64,000 nt of DNA from an uncultured virus (IMG/VR IMGVR_UViG_3300042270_000679) (taxonomy: Duplodnaviria > Heunggongvirae > Uroviricota > Caudoviricetes), in the IMG/VR virus record IMGVR_UViG_3300042270_000679; one strand, 5' to 3'. The translations under genes were made by a program, and so were the position numbers. Positions 50,543 through 62,146 of the stretch are shown piece by piece. Every line of letters begins with the position of its first letter. The first letter of the stretch is position 1. A model generated the notes under the pieces. The model saw nothing but the letters and a program-made list of their open reading frames with translations, was not told where the DNA came from and searched no databases.

Positions 50543-51919
50543 TTAAGAAAAGCTGTTATTTTTTTCGGTTAATGGAATCTGGAATAAGAAGGTTGTTCCT
50601 TCGTCCAAAGTGCTCTGAACATTTATTGTACCGTTATGTGATTCTACAATCCATTTTACCATTGACAAACCGAACCCCATGCTGTCTGAATTGTCAGCGG
50701 TTCGAGAAGGATTTACTTGATAAAATCTATCCCAAATTTTACCCAAATTTTCTTCACTGATTCCGATTCCATTGTCAGATATGCTTCCAATCAACTGGTT
50801 ATCATCTTTAGAGATGGAAATCTTAACAAAACCATCTTTTTCCCCATATTTAATTCCGTTAGAAATCAAGTTAATAAGTAGTCTGATCATAAGCTCATGG
50901 TCCGCCCTTATTAACAAGTTGGGTTGCAATTCAGAGATCAACTCAATCCCTTCTGTTTTTGCAGTTAAATTCATTTCTGCAACAACCATTTCTGTGAGTT
51001 CTGAAAAATCGAATTCCTCGAAAATCAGTTTGCTCTCATAATGTTTTGTATGGCTCAACAGTAGAAGATGGGATATCATTTTGGCCATTTTTTGAGACTG
51101 TCTCAATATAATATTTAATGATTCCTGGATTTCTTCTTTGTTTTCTATTCTGGAAAGAGCATATTCAGATTGAGACATGATTACCGCTGTTGGTGTTCTC
51201 AACTCGTGAGAAGCATCTGCTGTAAATTGGCGTTCCCTCTCAAATGATTTTTGAAGTCGGTCAAACATTGCATCAAATGTTTCTGCAAGTTCAGATATTT
51301 CATCACTTGAACCAGTTAAACCTATACGTTTTGAAAGGTCATCTCCAACATTGATCTTTGCTGCTGCAGACGTAATTTTCTTGACTGGCCGAAATGCAAT
51401 TTTTGTAATTCGGTATCCTCCAATAGTTGCTAGTAAAAGCAAAATCGGAAAAATTAAAATAGCGGAAAGTGTTATTGTATTTATTGTTTCTCCGACTGCA
51501 TCTGCGGAAGCAATACCACGAACTATTACGCTTTCATATTTTGTCGATTTTACCAGGTAATCATAGGCAAACCAATTTTTCCCATTGGCTGAGATGGTTT
51601 GTAGGTAGTGGTCTGTCAGCGCAGTTTTTTCAGGAAAGCCTGTGGGATACCGACCAAAAATCAAATTGCCGTCCACTGAGTAAACCAAAATATTTACCCC
51701 CTGATCAAACCGTTCAAGGTCACTTAAATCTGCCACACCATTTTTTTCATCAATTTGCTCCGCATTTAAAGTCACAATACTAGTTAAATCACTTTTAGCT
51801 TTAGACAACATCATATTGTCACTAAGGTAAAGTACAAAAGCTAAAACAAGGGCTAAAAAAACCAGTAATAACCCTGTATACCAGATGGTTATTTTTGCTT
51901 TAATAGATAACTGTTTCAT
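50543..51919 (-). CDS. HAMP sensor histidine kinase
   Basis: Two TM helices, HAMP, ASHELRTP, N/G1/F/G2 boxes. Confidence 0.95.
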   Translation of the reverse strand: MKQLSIKAKITIWYTGLLLVFLALVLAFVLYLSDNMMLSKAKSDLTSIVTLNAEQIDEKNGVADLSDLERFDQGVNILVYSVDGNLIFGRYPTGFPEKTALTDHYLQTISANGKNWFAYDYLVKSTKYESVIVRGIASADAVGETINTITLSAILIFPILLLLATIGGYRITKIAFRPVKKITSAAAKINVGDDLSKRIGLTGSSDEISELAETFDAMFDRLQKSFERERQFTADASHELRTPTAVIMSQSEYALSRIENKEEIQESLNIILRQSQKMAKMISHLLLLSHTKHYESKLIFEEFDFSELTEMVVAEMNLTAKTEGIELISELQPNLLIRADHELMIRLLINLISNGIKYGEKDGFVKISISKDDNQLIGSISDNGIGISEENLGKIWDRFYQVNPSRTADNSDSMGFGLSMVKWIVESHNGTINVQSTLDEGTTFLFQIPLTEKNNSFS

Positions 51920-52590
51920 TCCTCTTCCCTCATGACATATCCAACTCCACGAATAGTATGAATAAGCTTCACTGAAAAGCCTCCATCAATTTTCTTTCTT
52001 AGATAACTAATATACACATCAACCACATTGGATCCTGCTTCAAAAGAAAAATCCCACCCATTCTCTTCAATTTTTTCTCTTGTCAGAACAACACCCTTAT
52101 TTCGTATCAGGTTTTCCAAAACCACGAATTCTTTATGGGATAGGGGAATATTTTTCCCTCCCCTTACGGCCGTAAGAGTATCTGTATTTACCACAAGATC
52201 CGCAATTTCATATTGATTTGTTGCCTGGCCTGCTGGTCTTCTCGTAATAGCACGCAAACGAGCCATAAGTTCCCCAAAAGAAAAAGGTTTTGTTAGATAA
52301 TCGTCGGCTCCAAAATCCAGTCCTTTTATTCGATCATCAATACTGTCCTTTGCGGTCAAAAGTAGCACCGGGGTTTTATTGCCGTTTACCCTCATGTCTC
52401 TTAATACTTTTATTCCATCTTTTTTAGGGAGCATAATATCTAAAAGAATTGCATCATAAACTGCAGCATCTAAATACTCCATTGCCTCAAGACCATCAAG
52501 GCAACTGTCGACCGCATAATTTTCTGACTGCAGTTTTTTCACAAGCACTTCATTCAAATCAGGTTCATCCTCAACAACCAATATTCGCAT
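51916..52590 (-). CDS. OmpR-family response regulator
   Basis: VVEDE, LDIMLP, GADDYLTKPF, TIRGVGY. Confidence 0.96.
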   Translation of the reverse strand: MRILVVEDEPDLNEVLVKKLQSENYAVDSCLDGLEAMEYLDAAVYDAILLDIMLPKKDGIKVLRDMRVNGNKTPVLLLTAKDSIDDRIKGLDFGADDYLTKPFSFGELMARLRAITRRPAGQATNQYEIADLVVNTDTLTAVRGGKNIPLSHKEFVVLENLIRNKGVVLTREKIEENGWDFSFEAGSNVVDVYISYLRKKIDGGFSVKLIHTIRGVGYVMREEE

Positions 52591-52797
52591 ATCGTCTCCT
52601 TTTGTTCCCGTACTCCATCCTGTGTTTTCACCTAAGTTCTGCTATTTTTACGCAAATATGTTAATTTGCGTATTTATACTACCCCCAGAATCAAAGAGGG
52701 CCACGTTTTTTAAGGTTTTGAACCTTTGCTCAATAATGATAATACAGATTAAAAGTGCATCCTAGACTTTATTAGCTATTTGAATGCCTTAAAATCA

Positions 52798-53022
52798 TTA
52801 TCTTTGCTCGTGCTTAGATTTTTTAAACCAGCCGAAATATACTAAGTATGCCGACACTAAAGCTGGAACAATAATCTGAAAATTATTGAGTTTTGGTGTT
52901 ATAGTAATACCAAAAATAGTAATGGGTAAAATTCCATTTAAGCCAAAAGAAGCATGAACGACTGATTCCCAAGCGGTTAGTCCTGCGAAAAATTTAGCAA
53001 GTTCTTTAAAGCGCTCCTTAAT
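52798..53022 (-). pseudogene. Start-less 74-aa membrane-protein reading frame
   Basis: IKERFKELAKFFAGLTAWESVVHASF...ALVSAYLVYFGWFKKSKHEQR*; no ATG/GTG/TTG start. Confidence 0.4.
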
Positions 53023-53727
53023 TTATGCAAAAGCTCCAATAAAATCCGGCTCTATTTCATGAATGCTTGCATATATAGCCTCAATCCCCATTAATCTCTT
53101 TAAAAATAACTTTTGACTTTCTTTCAACAATAACTCTTCATGCCAAGGCAGCCTCTTGCTGCCATCTTTTTGGAAAGAAGAATAAATTAGATAAAGAAGC
53201 AAATCCCCAAAATATGAATAATCCAGATCATACTTATATGTATCATCAGCAAATCTAGCTAATCCAAAGTCAATAAGATATACATCCTCTCGATCAATGA
53301 GAACATTAGGAATTCTTATATCCCTATGAACCACACCATTTTCATGTAAATATTTGATGATGCTTATAATCTTGATACCAACATCATAAATTTCCTCATC
53401 CGAAAATTTATGATTATATTTGAATATCATATCTTTTAAGGTAGTTCCGGGTTTTAACTCTAATACAAAAGCATAGAAAGATTTTTCATTTATCACCCCC
53501 AAAAGTTCAGGAATTCTTTTATCCCTGAGCTTTGAGAGTATAACCGCCTCATGTGCATTCTTATTTGAATTACGCACAAAAATGCCAGGTTTGAATCTTT
53601 TGAAAACGACACTTTGTCCATGATCATTTTTAGCATAAAAGCATAAGCCGTATCTTCCTTCGCCCGCTACTTCTTCAATTGTATATCCCCCATATTTTTT
53701 CCCTCGGTGTTTTAATTTGCAAAACAT
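53023..53727 (-). CDS. Minimal Hanks-type Ser/Thr protein kinase
   Basis: GEGRYG, VFK, HRDIRIPN, DFG. Confidence 0.9.
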   Translation of the reverse strand: MFCKLKHRGKKYGGYTIEEVAGEGRYGLCFYAKNDHGQSVVFKRFKPGIFVRNSNKNAHEAVILSKLRDKRIPELLGVINEKSFYAFVLELKPGTTLKDMIFKYNHKFSDEEIYDVGIKIISIIKYLHENGVVHRDIRIPNVLIDREDVYLIDFGLARFADDTYKYDLDYSYFGDLLLYLIYSSFQKDGSKRLPWHEELLLKESQKLFLKRLMGIEAIYASIHEIEPDFIGAFA

Positions 53728-53736
53728 CGCATCAAC

Positions 53737-54120
53737 TCAACCATTCAACTTGTTCCCGCAATTGTTGCAGAATTTAGCATTTGGCGGCATTTTTACTCCG
53801 CAATTTTGGCAATGCAACTCAGTTTTGACTTGTTCACCACATTCCAAACAGAATTTTGAACCATTTGGAATCAGTGAATTACAATTACAGCAAGCGAGAG
53901 CATTTTGCTGAACTGATGATGGATTCTGCTGCCCAACAGAATAGCCCTGTTGTGACGGGTAAGGTTGGTTGCCATAATTATTTTGGCGCCCCCCAAAACC
54001 ACTACCAGAACCAAATACATTAAACAAACCACCCAAAATGCCTTTTTTTTGATAATGACTGCTCCCATAATTTCCATTTTTATAATGATTTCCTTTTGAA
54101 GATCTTGAAATAAAGCTCAT
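53737..54120 (-). CDS. Double zinc-ribbon protein with low-complexity N-terminus
   Basis: Four CxxC pairs, with SKFC/AKFC in the second pair of each ribbon; G/N/Q/S/Y-rich N-terminus. Confidence 0.85.
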   Translation of the reverse strand: MSFISRSSKGNHYKNGNYGSSHYQKKGILGGLFNVFGSGSGFGGRQNNYGNQPYPSQQGYSVGQQNPSSVQQNALACCNCNSLIPNGSKFCLECGEQVKTELHCQNCGVKMPPNAKFCNNCGNKLNG

Positions 54121-54314
54121 ATTTTTATACCTCTTTCTTTTGTTTTTCTATACTTTTGGTAACTATTTTCTATTCATGTTATTTGTTTCCAATGCCAAAC
54201 AAGGTGAATATCTGAATCCCCGCTGACAGCTAACCACAGCATAAATATAAAGGTCAAAAATACAGAATGATGTTTTTCCTCACATGTTTTAGTCCTTAAT
54301 TATCTCTTTTATCT

Positions 54315-56864
54315 TTAGCACTGATCTTTTTCAGCCTTCATGTTAATCAATTTTTGGGCGACCTTGACCAATTCATACCAAAGTACAGCTGCGCATGAAA
54401 TTCCAGCTGCGAGTACCAATTGACCGGTTGATAAAGGTGCTAATTTCAAAAATCCATTTAATGGCGTGTATAACATAATAAACAATCCTGCTATGGTGCC
54501 AAGAATAACCGCCCACATCACTTTATCCTTAATCTGTCTCATAAAAGTTGTAACCGCAAACTCAGTATTTGAACTATTCACTTGAACCAACAGCACATTG
54601 GAAATCAATATAATACTCAGCCCCATAGTCCTTGCCAGGGAAGCATTCTCTGGGTATTGGTTTAGAAAACTATAGTACATTGCAAAGGATGCCGCAAATA
54701 TTGCCAATCCTTGTATTACACTCTTGGACAACATTCTAGCCGTTAAAAGCTTTTCTTTTGGATTGCGCGGTGGCCTTTGCATAATGTTAGACTCAGCAGG
54801 CTGTCGCTCTAATACTATCGAGCATGTCGGGTCAATTACAAGCTCAAGTAAAACTACGTGGAGTGGTAGAAGCAAAAGACTTGCCGGACTTATTCCCATA
54901 AAAGGCGCAAGCAAAGCGGAAAACGCAATGGGAATATGAATAGTGAAAACATACCCCACAGCTTTCTTTATGTTGTCATAAATCCTTCTTCCATCTTTAA
55001 TTGTATCCACAATGGTTGAGAAGTTGTCATCCAGCAGTATTAGATCCGCAGCTTCTCTCGAAACTTCTGAGCCGCGCTTCCCCATTGCTATTCCAATATC
55101 TGCATATTTCAATGCAGGGGCATCGTTTACTCCGTCGCCGGTCATGGCAACAACCTCACCGTTTTCCTTGAAGGCTTTTACTATCCTCATCTTATGTTCC
55201 GGGAGAACTCGTGAGAATACACTAACATCCTTTACTCTTTCTCGAAGCTCTTCATTATTCATTTCATTCAGCTCATCACCAGTAATAATCTTATCGCTGT
55301 TCGGCATATTGATTTGTCTTGCAATCGAACTAGCTGTAATACCATTGTCGCCTGTAATCATAACAACTCGAACTCCTGCCTTTGTGCAGGTCTTTATATC
55401 TTCTTTTACCGATTCCCTCGGTGGATCCGCAAGGCCAATCATTCCTAGAAGCTCCAGTTTGCATTCCAAGAGGGTCTCTGGAATTTCGTTTTCGTTTTGA
55501 ATCACCATCTGACCAACAGCTATTACACGAAGTCCTTGCTTTGACATCTCATAAATTTTCTCTTCAACAAGGTTTTTTTCATCTGAAGAAATATCGCATA
55601 TTGTAAGAATGCGCTCAGGAGAACCTTTCGCAGCAACAACAATATTATTCCCATTCTTCCAGACATGTCCCATCATTTTTGTTTCATCGGTGAAGGCATA
55701 TTCTTTTAGAAGCTGCCCACCAAAAAGAATCTCCCTTGAAATCCCCAGTTCTTCACATCGAGCTATCATCGCCTTTTCCATAGGATCGTATGCGTCAGCT
55801 TTACATCCCATACCCATTATCTTGGATATGTATTTTTCATCACCTGATGTGCTGAAGGTTTCTCTGACAGCCATTTTGTTCAGTGTTATTGTGCCAGTCT
55901 TATCCACACAAAGAACCGAAACTGCACCTAAGGTTTCAACTGAAGGCAATCTTCTTACAAGAGATTGTTTTTGGGCTAGCCTCCAGGCTCCCATGGATAA
56001 GAAAACAGTCAATATAACTGGGAATTCTTCTGGAATCATGGCCATTGCAAGAGTAATGCCGGATAAAATGCTCTCAATAATTCTGCTTTTCAATAAATGA
56101 TCTGGAATATTGAAATAAGTTACAATGCCTACCAGAATAAATAATACAGCTGCTATTCCTCCACTTAGTTTCACCAGTCTTCCAGTCTGTTTTTGAAGAG
56201 GTGTGTCTCCAGTTGGAGCAATTGCAATGTCTTTACCGATCTTTCCATACTCAGTTGACGGTCCAATTTTATCGACTAAAACTGTTCCAGTTCCCTGTGT
56301 TACAAGAGTCCCGGCATAGCAATAATCACGTCGCCAATAATCATTGTCTTCATTGATATAATTCTCATTGGTTACTTTCCAGACACCAAGCGACTCTCCA
56401 GTGAGAGAGGATTCGTCAACACATAGCGTACTTGCTCTTACAACAGTTCCGTCTGCCGGAATTTTGACACCTTCAGCTATGTACATGATATCTCCAGGCA
56501 CTAAGTCGGAGCTATTGATGGTCTTCTCTTCTCCATCACGAAGAACTTTGATTCTAGGTGCAGATAAATCCTTCAATGCCTTTAAAGTCTTGTCCGTTTT
56601 CCATTCTTGGATTGCTTCAATGCTGATTATTCCAATTACGAATACAAGCATTATTGCACCATCTTTAGGCTCTCCAAGAACAAAATAGACTGCTGCTGCG
56701 ATAATCAGCAATAAAAACATGGGCTCGGTTATAACCTGAAATATTTTATGAAAAATATTTTCTTTCTTTCCGGGCACCAATTCATTTTTCCCAAACTGTT
56801 CTTGAAGCTTGGTAGCTTCAAGGGTTGTTAACCCTTTCAACTCATTGTTTTTTTGTTCTGTCAT
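54315..56864 (-). CDS. Cation-transporting P-type ATPase (P2-like architecture)
   Basis: TGES, PEEFP, DKTGT, KGSPE, TGD, GDGVND. Confidence 0.95.
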   Translation of the reverse strand: MTEQKNNELKGLTTLEATKLQEQFGKNELVPGKKENIFHKIFQVITEPMFLLLIIAAAVYFVLGEPKDGAIMLVFVIGIISIEAIQEWKTDKTLKALKDLSAPRIKVLRDGEEKTINSSDLVPGDIMYIAEGVKIPADGTVVRASTLCVDESSLTGESLGVWKVTNENYINEDNDYWRRDYCYAGTLVTQGTGTVLVDKIGPSTEYGKIGKDIAIAPTGDTPLQKQTGRLVKLSGGIAAVLFILVGIVTYFNIPDHLLKSRIIESILSGITLAMAMIPEEFPVILTVFLSMGAWRLAQKQSLVRRLPSVETLGAVSVLCVDKTGTITLNKMAVRETFSTSGDEKYISKIMGMGCKADAYDPMEKAMIARCEELGISREILFGGQLLKEYAFTDETKMMGHVWKNGNNIVVAAKGSPERILTICDISSDEKNLVEEKIYEMSKQGLRVIAVGQMVIQNENEIPETLLECKLELLGMIGLADPPRESVKEDIKTCTKAGVRVVMITGDNGITASSIARQINMPNSDKIITGDELNEMNNEELRERVKDVSVFSRVLPEHKMRIVKAFKENGEVVAMTGDGVNDAPALKYADIGIAMGKRGSEVSREAADLILLDDNFSTIVDTIKDGRRIYDNIKKAVGYVFTIHIPIAFSALLAPFMGISPASLLLLPLHVVLLELVIDPTCSIVLERQPAESNIMQRPPRNPKEKLLTARMLSKSVIQGLAIFAASFAMYYSFLNQYPENASLARTMGLSIILISNVLLVQVNSSNTEFAVTTFMRQIKDKVMWAVILGTIAGLFIMLYTPLNGFLKLAPLSTGQLVLAAGISCAAVLWYELVKVAQKLINMKAEKDQC

Positions 56865-56944
56865 AAAAGTTACCTCCTGTTTTATGTGTTTTTAAAGATA
56901 GCTCTATGGCATTGCAATCTTCAGATATGTCCAAAAATGGGTAT

Positions 56945-56980
56945 AAAAAAACCCGTGGAACATACTACTGTCCCACAGGT
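56945..56980 (-). terminator. Riboswitch expression-platform terminator
   Basis: ACCTGTGGGACA-GTAGTA-TGTTCCACGGGT plus T-run, overlapping the aptamer 3' strand. Confidence 0.85.
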
Positions 56981-57048
56981 TATATTCACCTGCTGCCTAG
57001 TTAGGCCCAGCCCCATGAACTTATCTAAAAGTTCATCGCCTGCTCAGT
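56967..57048 (-). ncRNA. NiCo (czcD) metal-sensing riboswitch aptamer
   Basis: ACUGAGCAGGC...GCUGGGCC..GGCAGCAGG...CCUGUGGGACAGU four-way-junction pattern in the leader of a cation ATPase. Confidence 0.88.
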
Positions 57049-57089
57049 TTGTACTGTAGATCTATATGCAGTGCAAAGAGATGTTTATA

Positions 57090-57118
57090 AGTTAACATAC
57101 AAAATATGGCTTTGTCAA
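57090..57118 (-). promoter_or_regulatory. Sigma-A promoter of the riboswitch-ATPase unit
   Basis: TTGACA-N17-TTAACT. Confidence 0.55.
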
Positions 57119-57234
57119 GTTATTCTTTGTATGAAATCATATAATTCAAATCTCAAAACTTTAAATTTCATAATTTCATATCATATTTTGGTCTTTAAGT
57201 TGATGAAGATTATTGAGTTGAATCTCCGTATACC

Positions 57235-57479
57235 TTATATCTGCATATCAATCTCCACGCTTGATTTGAACTCTACCGTTATCTTGTTATCGAAGACCGT
57301 TATCTTCTCTATAATCCTTCTGACTGCTGCTCATCGTATTCAATCGCTTCACCAGTCTGATCGTTAAGGAACTCGGTCATTTCTTCAATAAGCTGTCTCT
57401 TCCCTTGGCGCTCTACATTTTGCACTTGGGCGTTTTGCTGTAAATCCCGCAAAAGATTAATCTCTTCAGCTATTACTGA
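57235..57479 (-). pseudogene. C-terminal remnant of another serine recombinase, with a frameshift
   Basis: IAEEINLLR...IEEMTEFL...EYDEQ / VRRIIEKITVFDNKITVEFKSSVEIDMQI*. Confidence 0.8.
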
Positions 57480-59050
<1,571 letters not shown>

Positions 59051-59054
<4 letters not shown>

Positions 59055-59467
59055 GCCTCCACCTCACTTTCTATCAAACTATAGATGTACTCCGCCTGCT
59101 TAAATGGATCATTGAATATCTTTCCTGCTTTCGGCATTGTGAATTTTGTCGCTGGCTTGCATTCTGCTACCGGTTTATCCGCAAATATTCTGCCAAGCCT
59201 TCTCTGGCGTTTGAGGCGTTCCGCTTCAGCTCTATCGAAAGTCTCCTGATCGATGATAGCCGGATAGTACTTATCTCCAAGGTAGCGTTTATTTTGTAAT
59301 ATATTCTTTATCGCTGGATGAAAACTCGTAAGCCCAGCTGCTTCAGCAGCAGCAACGTAGGCGAGGCCGGAAAGATAATTTTTGTAAATCATCCTAACCT
59401 GCTCCGCTTGAGCTTCATCTATGACAGCTTTGCCTTTCTCAACTTTGTATCCATATGGAATTGGCAT
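59051..59467 (-). CDS. Small recombinase-domain-only protein
   Basis: IPYGY...[16 protein letters not shown]; orthologue of 1565-1981. Confidence 0.85.
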
Positions 59468-59470
59468 GTC

Positions 59471-61030
59471 TCACAACCTTTCTCTTAGCGTTAATCCACA
59501 CTTTAACACCAAACCTATTTCATATCTTTTGAACACGATAATGTAATCCACGTGCTCCTCGAATGCATCCTCATCAAATTCTGTAAGAGTACCTATGCTG
59601 CCAACGTACTTGATGAGTTTATTCAAAGCTTCAACATGTTTGTGATCATGATTGACAGAAGTGTATAATGCTTCCTTTTCATCAGTTAAATGTTTAGCCT
59701 CCGCAAGAAGACCTGAGTTCTGATCGTTGAAAACGGCTGGCTCTAGATATTCCTTCGCAAATAAGTTCATAAGCTGCTGCCTTTTGTTGAAATTGTTTTC
59801 AAGTGCCGCTTCCAACTTATTAATTCGAGCAACTGCTGCTTCTTGGTTAATGGCCTTAAGACTTGCATACAGCGGCTGCAACAAAACCTTCTTAGTAAAT
59901 GCCAGCTTATTGATCATGTTCAAAAAAGCTACCTCGAAATTTCTCTCACGGATAAACTGCATGCTGCATTGGTCTTTTTTCTTGATATGCGTATTGCAAG
60001 CATACGCGTAATATTTGCCTTGCTTGTCGGAGTGGGTTCTTCTTTTCCAAGTAGCGCCGCATTCGCCGCAGATGATTTTTCCGGAAAACGGATAGCGATT
60101 TTGATACTTTGCATCACCCTGCTGGATTTTCATATCCTTGGCGCGCTGGTCAATCATGGCCTGTGCCGCTTCAAAATCCTCAGGGCTGATGATCGCTTCG
60201 TGATGTTCCGTGACGTAGTACTGCGCCTTTTCACCATTATTGGGGCGCCTGACGAAGGAAGAATCGGTAAAAGTCTTTTGGAATAGCACATCGCCTTTGT
60301 ACTTTTCATTCCGTAGGATGGCGCTTACCGTTCCACTACTCCATTCACTGTTGCGCCTGGTAGGGATTTCTTTTTCGTTCAGTTGTCTGGCAATTACATG
60401 TGCACCTTTACCGGCTAAACATTCTGCAAAAATGAACTTAACTACCGCAGCCTCTTCTTCGTCGATCACCATCAAGCCAGCTTCGTTTTTGTACCCGTGA
60501 GGCGGATAAGCCACAATATAGGTTCCGTTTTGGAATCTTTTCTCAATGGACCATTTTTCATTTTCTGAAAGGGAAACCGACTCGCTTTCCGCAAGGCTGC
60601 TAAAAATTGTGAGCAGAAGCTCGCTCTCCATGTCTCCGGTGTTGATATTTTCTTTTTCGAAATAGATGAATACCTTTAGTCGGATCAGTTTTCGGACTGC
60701 TTCCAGGCACTCTGTGGTGTTTCTGGCAAAGCGGCTGATGGATTTGATGATAATGTAATCAATCTTACCGGCTTCGCAATCATCAAGCATTTTGAGAAGT
60801 CCATCTCGCTTGGCCATGCTTGTTCCGGAGACACCCTCGTCATAGTAGAGTCCAACGTACTCCCAGCCGGGATTGCTTTTGATGCTGGTTTCATAATGAT
60901 TTTTTTGAGCTTCCAAACTGACGAGTTGTTCGCGACTATCTGTAGAAACGCGAGCGTAGGCAGCAACACGCAGTTTTTTTGGCGCTGTCTGCAGCTTCTC
61001 GTTTGCTTCAATCTTTGTTATCCGTTTCAT
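59471..61030 (-). CDS. Large serine recombinase (first gene of triplet)
   Basis: [19 protein letters not shown]; orthologue of 1982-3547. Confidence 0.95.
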   Translation of the reverse strand: MKRITKIEANEKLQTAPKKLRVAAYARVSTDSREQLVSLEAQKNHYETSIKSNPGWEYVGLYYDEGVSGTSMAKRDGLLKMLDDCEAGKIDYIIIKSISRFARNTTECLEAVRKLIRLKVFIYFEKENINTGDMESELLLTIFSSLAESESVSLSENEKWSIEKRFQNGTYIVAYPPHGYKNEAGLMVIDEEEAAVVKFIFAECLAGKGAHVIARQLNEKEIPTRRNSEWSSGTVSAILRNEKYKGDVLFQKTFTDSSFVRRPNNGEKAQYYVTEHHEAIISPEDFEAAQAMIDQRAKDMKIQQGDAKYQNRYPFSGKIICGECGATWKRRTHSDKQGKYYAYACNTHIKKKDQCSMQFIRERNFEVAFLNMINKLAFTKKVLLQPLYASLKAINQEAAVARINKLEAALENNFNKRQQLMNLFAKEYLEPAVFNDQNSGLLAEAKHLTDEKEALYTSVNHDHKHVEALNKLIKYVGSIGTLTEFDEDAFEEHVDYIIVFKRYEIGLVLKCGLTLRERL

Positions 61031-61057
61031 TGTCTCAACCTCCTTTCCTTCCGTACT

Positions 61058-61094
61058 ATACATCACTCTAAAAGCCTTATTTATCAAGTCTTTT
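61058..61094 (-). promoter_or_regulatory. Conserved AGAGTGAT upstream motif, copy 3
   Basis: AAAAGACTTGATAAATAAGGCTTTTAGAGTGATGTAT before the first recombinase. Confidence 0.6.
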
Positions 61095-61311
61095 AGGACA
61101 TTATCTCTGCTAAGAGAGGCGAGAACGTTATGCGGTTCTTTGCCATGATTTTTTCAAATTCAGTCTGGGTAATAAAGCCCTTTTCTAAGAGCTTCTTTGT
61201 AAGACTTTCGGCTACCAAATAATCATGCTCATTCTGTAGCGCTGTCTCAGATAGCTTCTCAGACTTATATTGAATGGAATGGGCGTCTTCTAACTTTGTT
61301 ACTTTCATCAT
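61093..61311 (-). CDS. SHOCT-like small protein
   Basis: LLEKGFITQTEFEKI; ends FSPLLAEIMS like 3606-3821. Confidence 0.78.
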   Translation of the reverse strand: MMKVTKLEDAHSIQYKSEKLSETALQNEHDYLVAESLTKKLLEKGFITQTEFEKIMAKNRITFSPLLAEIMS

Positions 61312-61396
61312 CTCGACCTCTTTCCGAGGGAACCTATCAATCATCACCCTCTACTAGTCCCAGGACAGAAAGCGGCCGAATGAACGAAAAAAAGCA

Positions 61397-61440
61397 AAAA
61401 AATAATGCCTACCGAAAGACGAATCTCTCGATAGGCATTA
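61397..61440 (-). terminator. Intrinsic terminator of the lysis genes
   Basis: TAATGCCTATCGA...TCGGTAGGCATTA plus T-run. Confidence 0.85.
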
Positions 61441-61449
61441 CACTGTTTG

Positions 61450-62145
61450 TTATTCGCTGTATTTAATAAACGCATCGGTGAAGCCAGCCGCCTTGACCTT
61501 GCGGAGAAAGGCATCGGCATTCGCCTTGACAGAAAATGCGCCAAGCTGGATGCGGTAGTATTTCTTCGGTGCGGTCGGCTCGACGGGAGCAAGACCGGAT
61601 TTTACATCTGCTCGGAACGTCTCCATAGACTTGCCATGCCTCGGAAACCAGTGCATGACGTCGCCGTGGTTGCTAGCAACGCCAAGTTTATGGCCTTCTG
61701 AGTGGCAAATGATATCCTTTTCGGTGAGCCCGTATTGTTTGCAGAGATAGACGCAAAGCTCCACAGCTTCCTTATAAACGGCATTAAAATACGAGGTGTC
61801 GGTCAGACCGTCCTCGCAGATTTCAAAGCCGATATGTGTATCGTTCGCTGCACCTCCAGCATGCCAGCCTCTATGATTCCACGGTAGGGTTTGATAAGTG
61901 GCGATGCTTCCGTCAGCCAGCTTACCGATGAAGCTATGGACGCAGACCTGCCTGTCATCAGGTTTATCCTGATTCCAGTGGTTGTTGTATTGGTTCTTGC
62001 CCAGAAGTCCGTCATCAGGACCGATATAGCGCTTCAGCCACGGGTTATTCGCTCCGGTGGAGTGTACCATAATACCTTTTGGAGGTATTGTTCTGCCGGC
62101 CTTGAAGCAGGCATTGTTCGTAAGGATCAGTTTTTTTAGATTCAT
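61450..62145 (-). CDS. Endolysin, Amidase_2 plus SPOR domain
   Basis: IMVHSTG, GWHAG, IGFEICE, CHSE; YRIQLGAFS.K.NA. Confidence 0.92.
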   Translation of the reverse strand: MNLKKLILTNNACFKAGRTIPPKGIMVHSTGANNPWLKRYIGPDDGLLGKNQYNNHWNQDKPDDRQVCVHSFIGKLADGSIATYQTLPWNHRGWHAGGAANDTHIGFEICEDGLTDTSYFNAVYKEAVELCVYLCKQYGLTEKDIICHSEGHKLGVASNHGDVMHWFPRHGKSMETFRADVKSGLAPVEPTAPKKYYRIQLGAFSVKANADAFLRKVKAAGFTDAFIKYSE

Positions 62146-62146
62146 G

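Noticed and set aside
52649..52672. Inverted repeat TACGCAAAT-N6-ATTTGCGTA upstream of the response regulator
   Set aside because: Single occurrence; cannot tell operator from terminator
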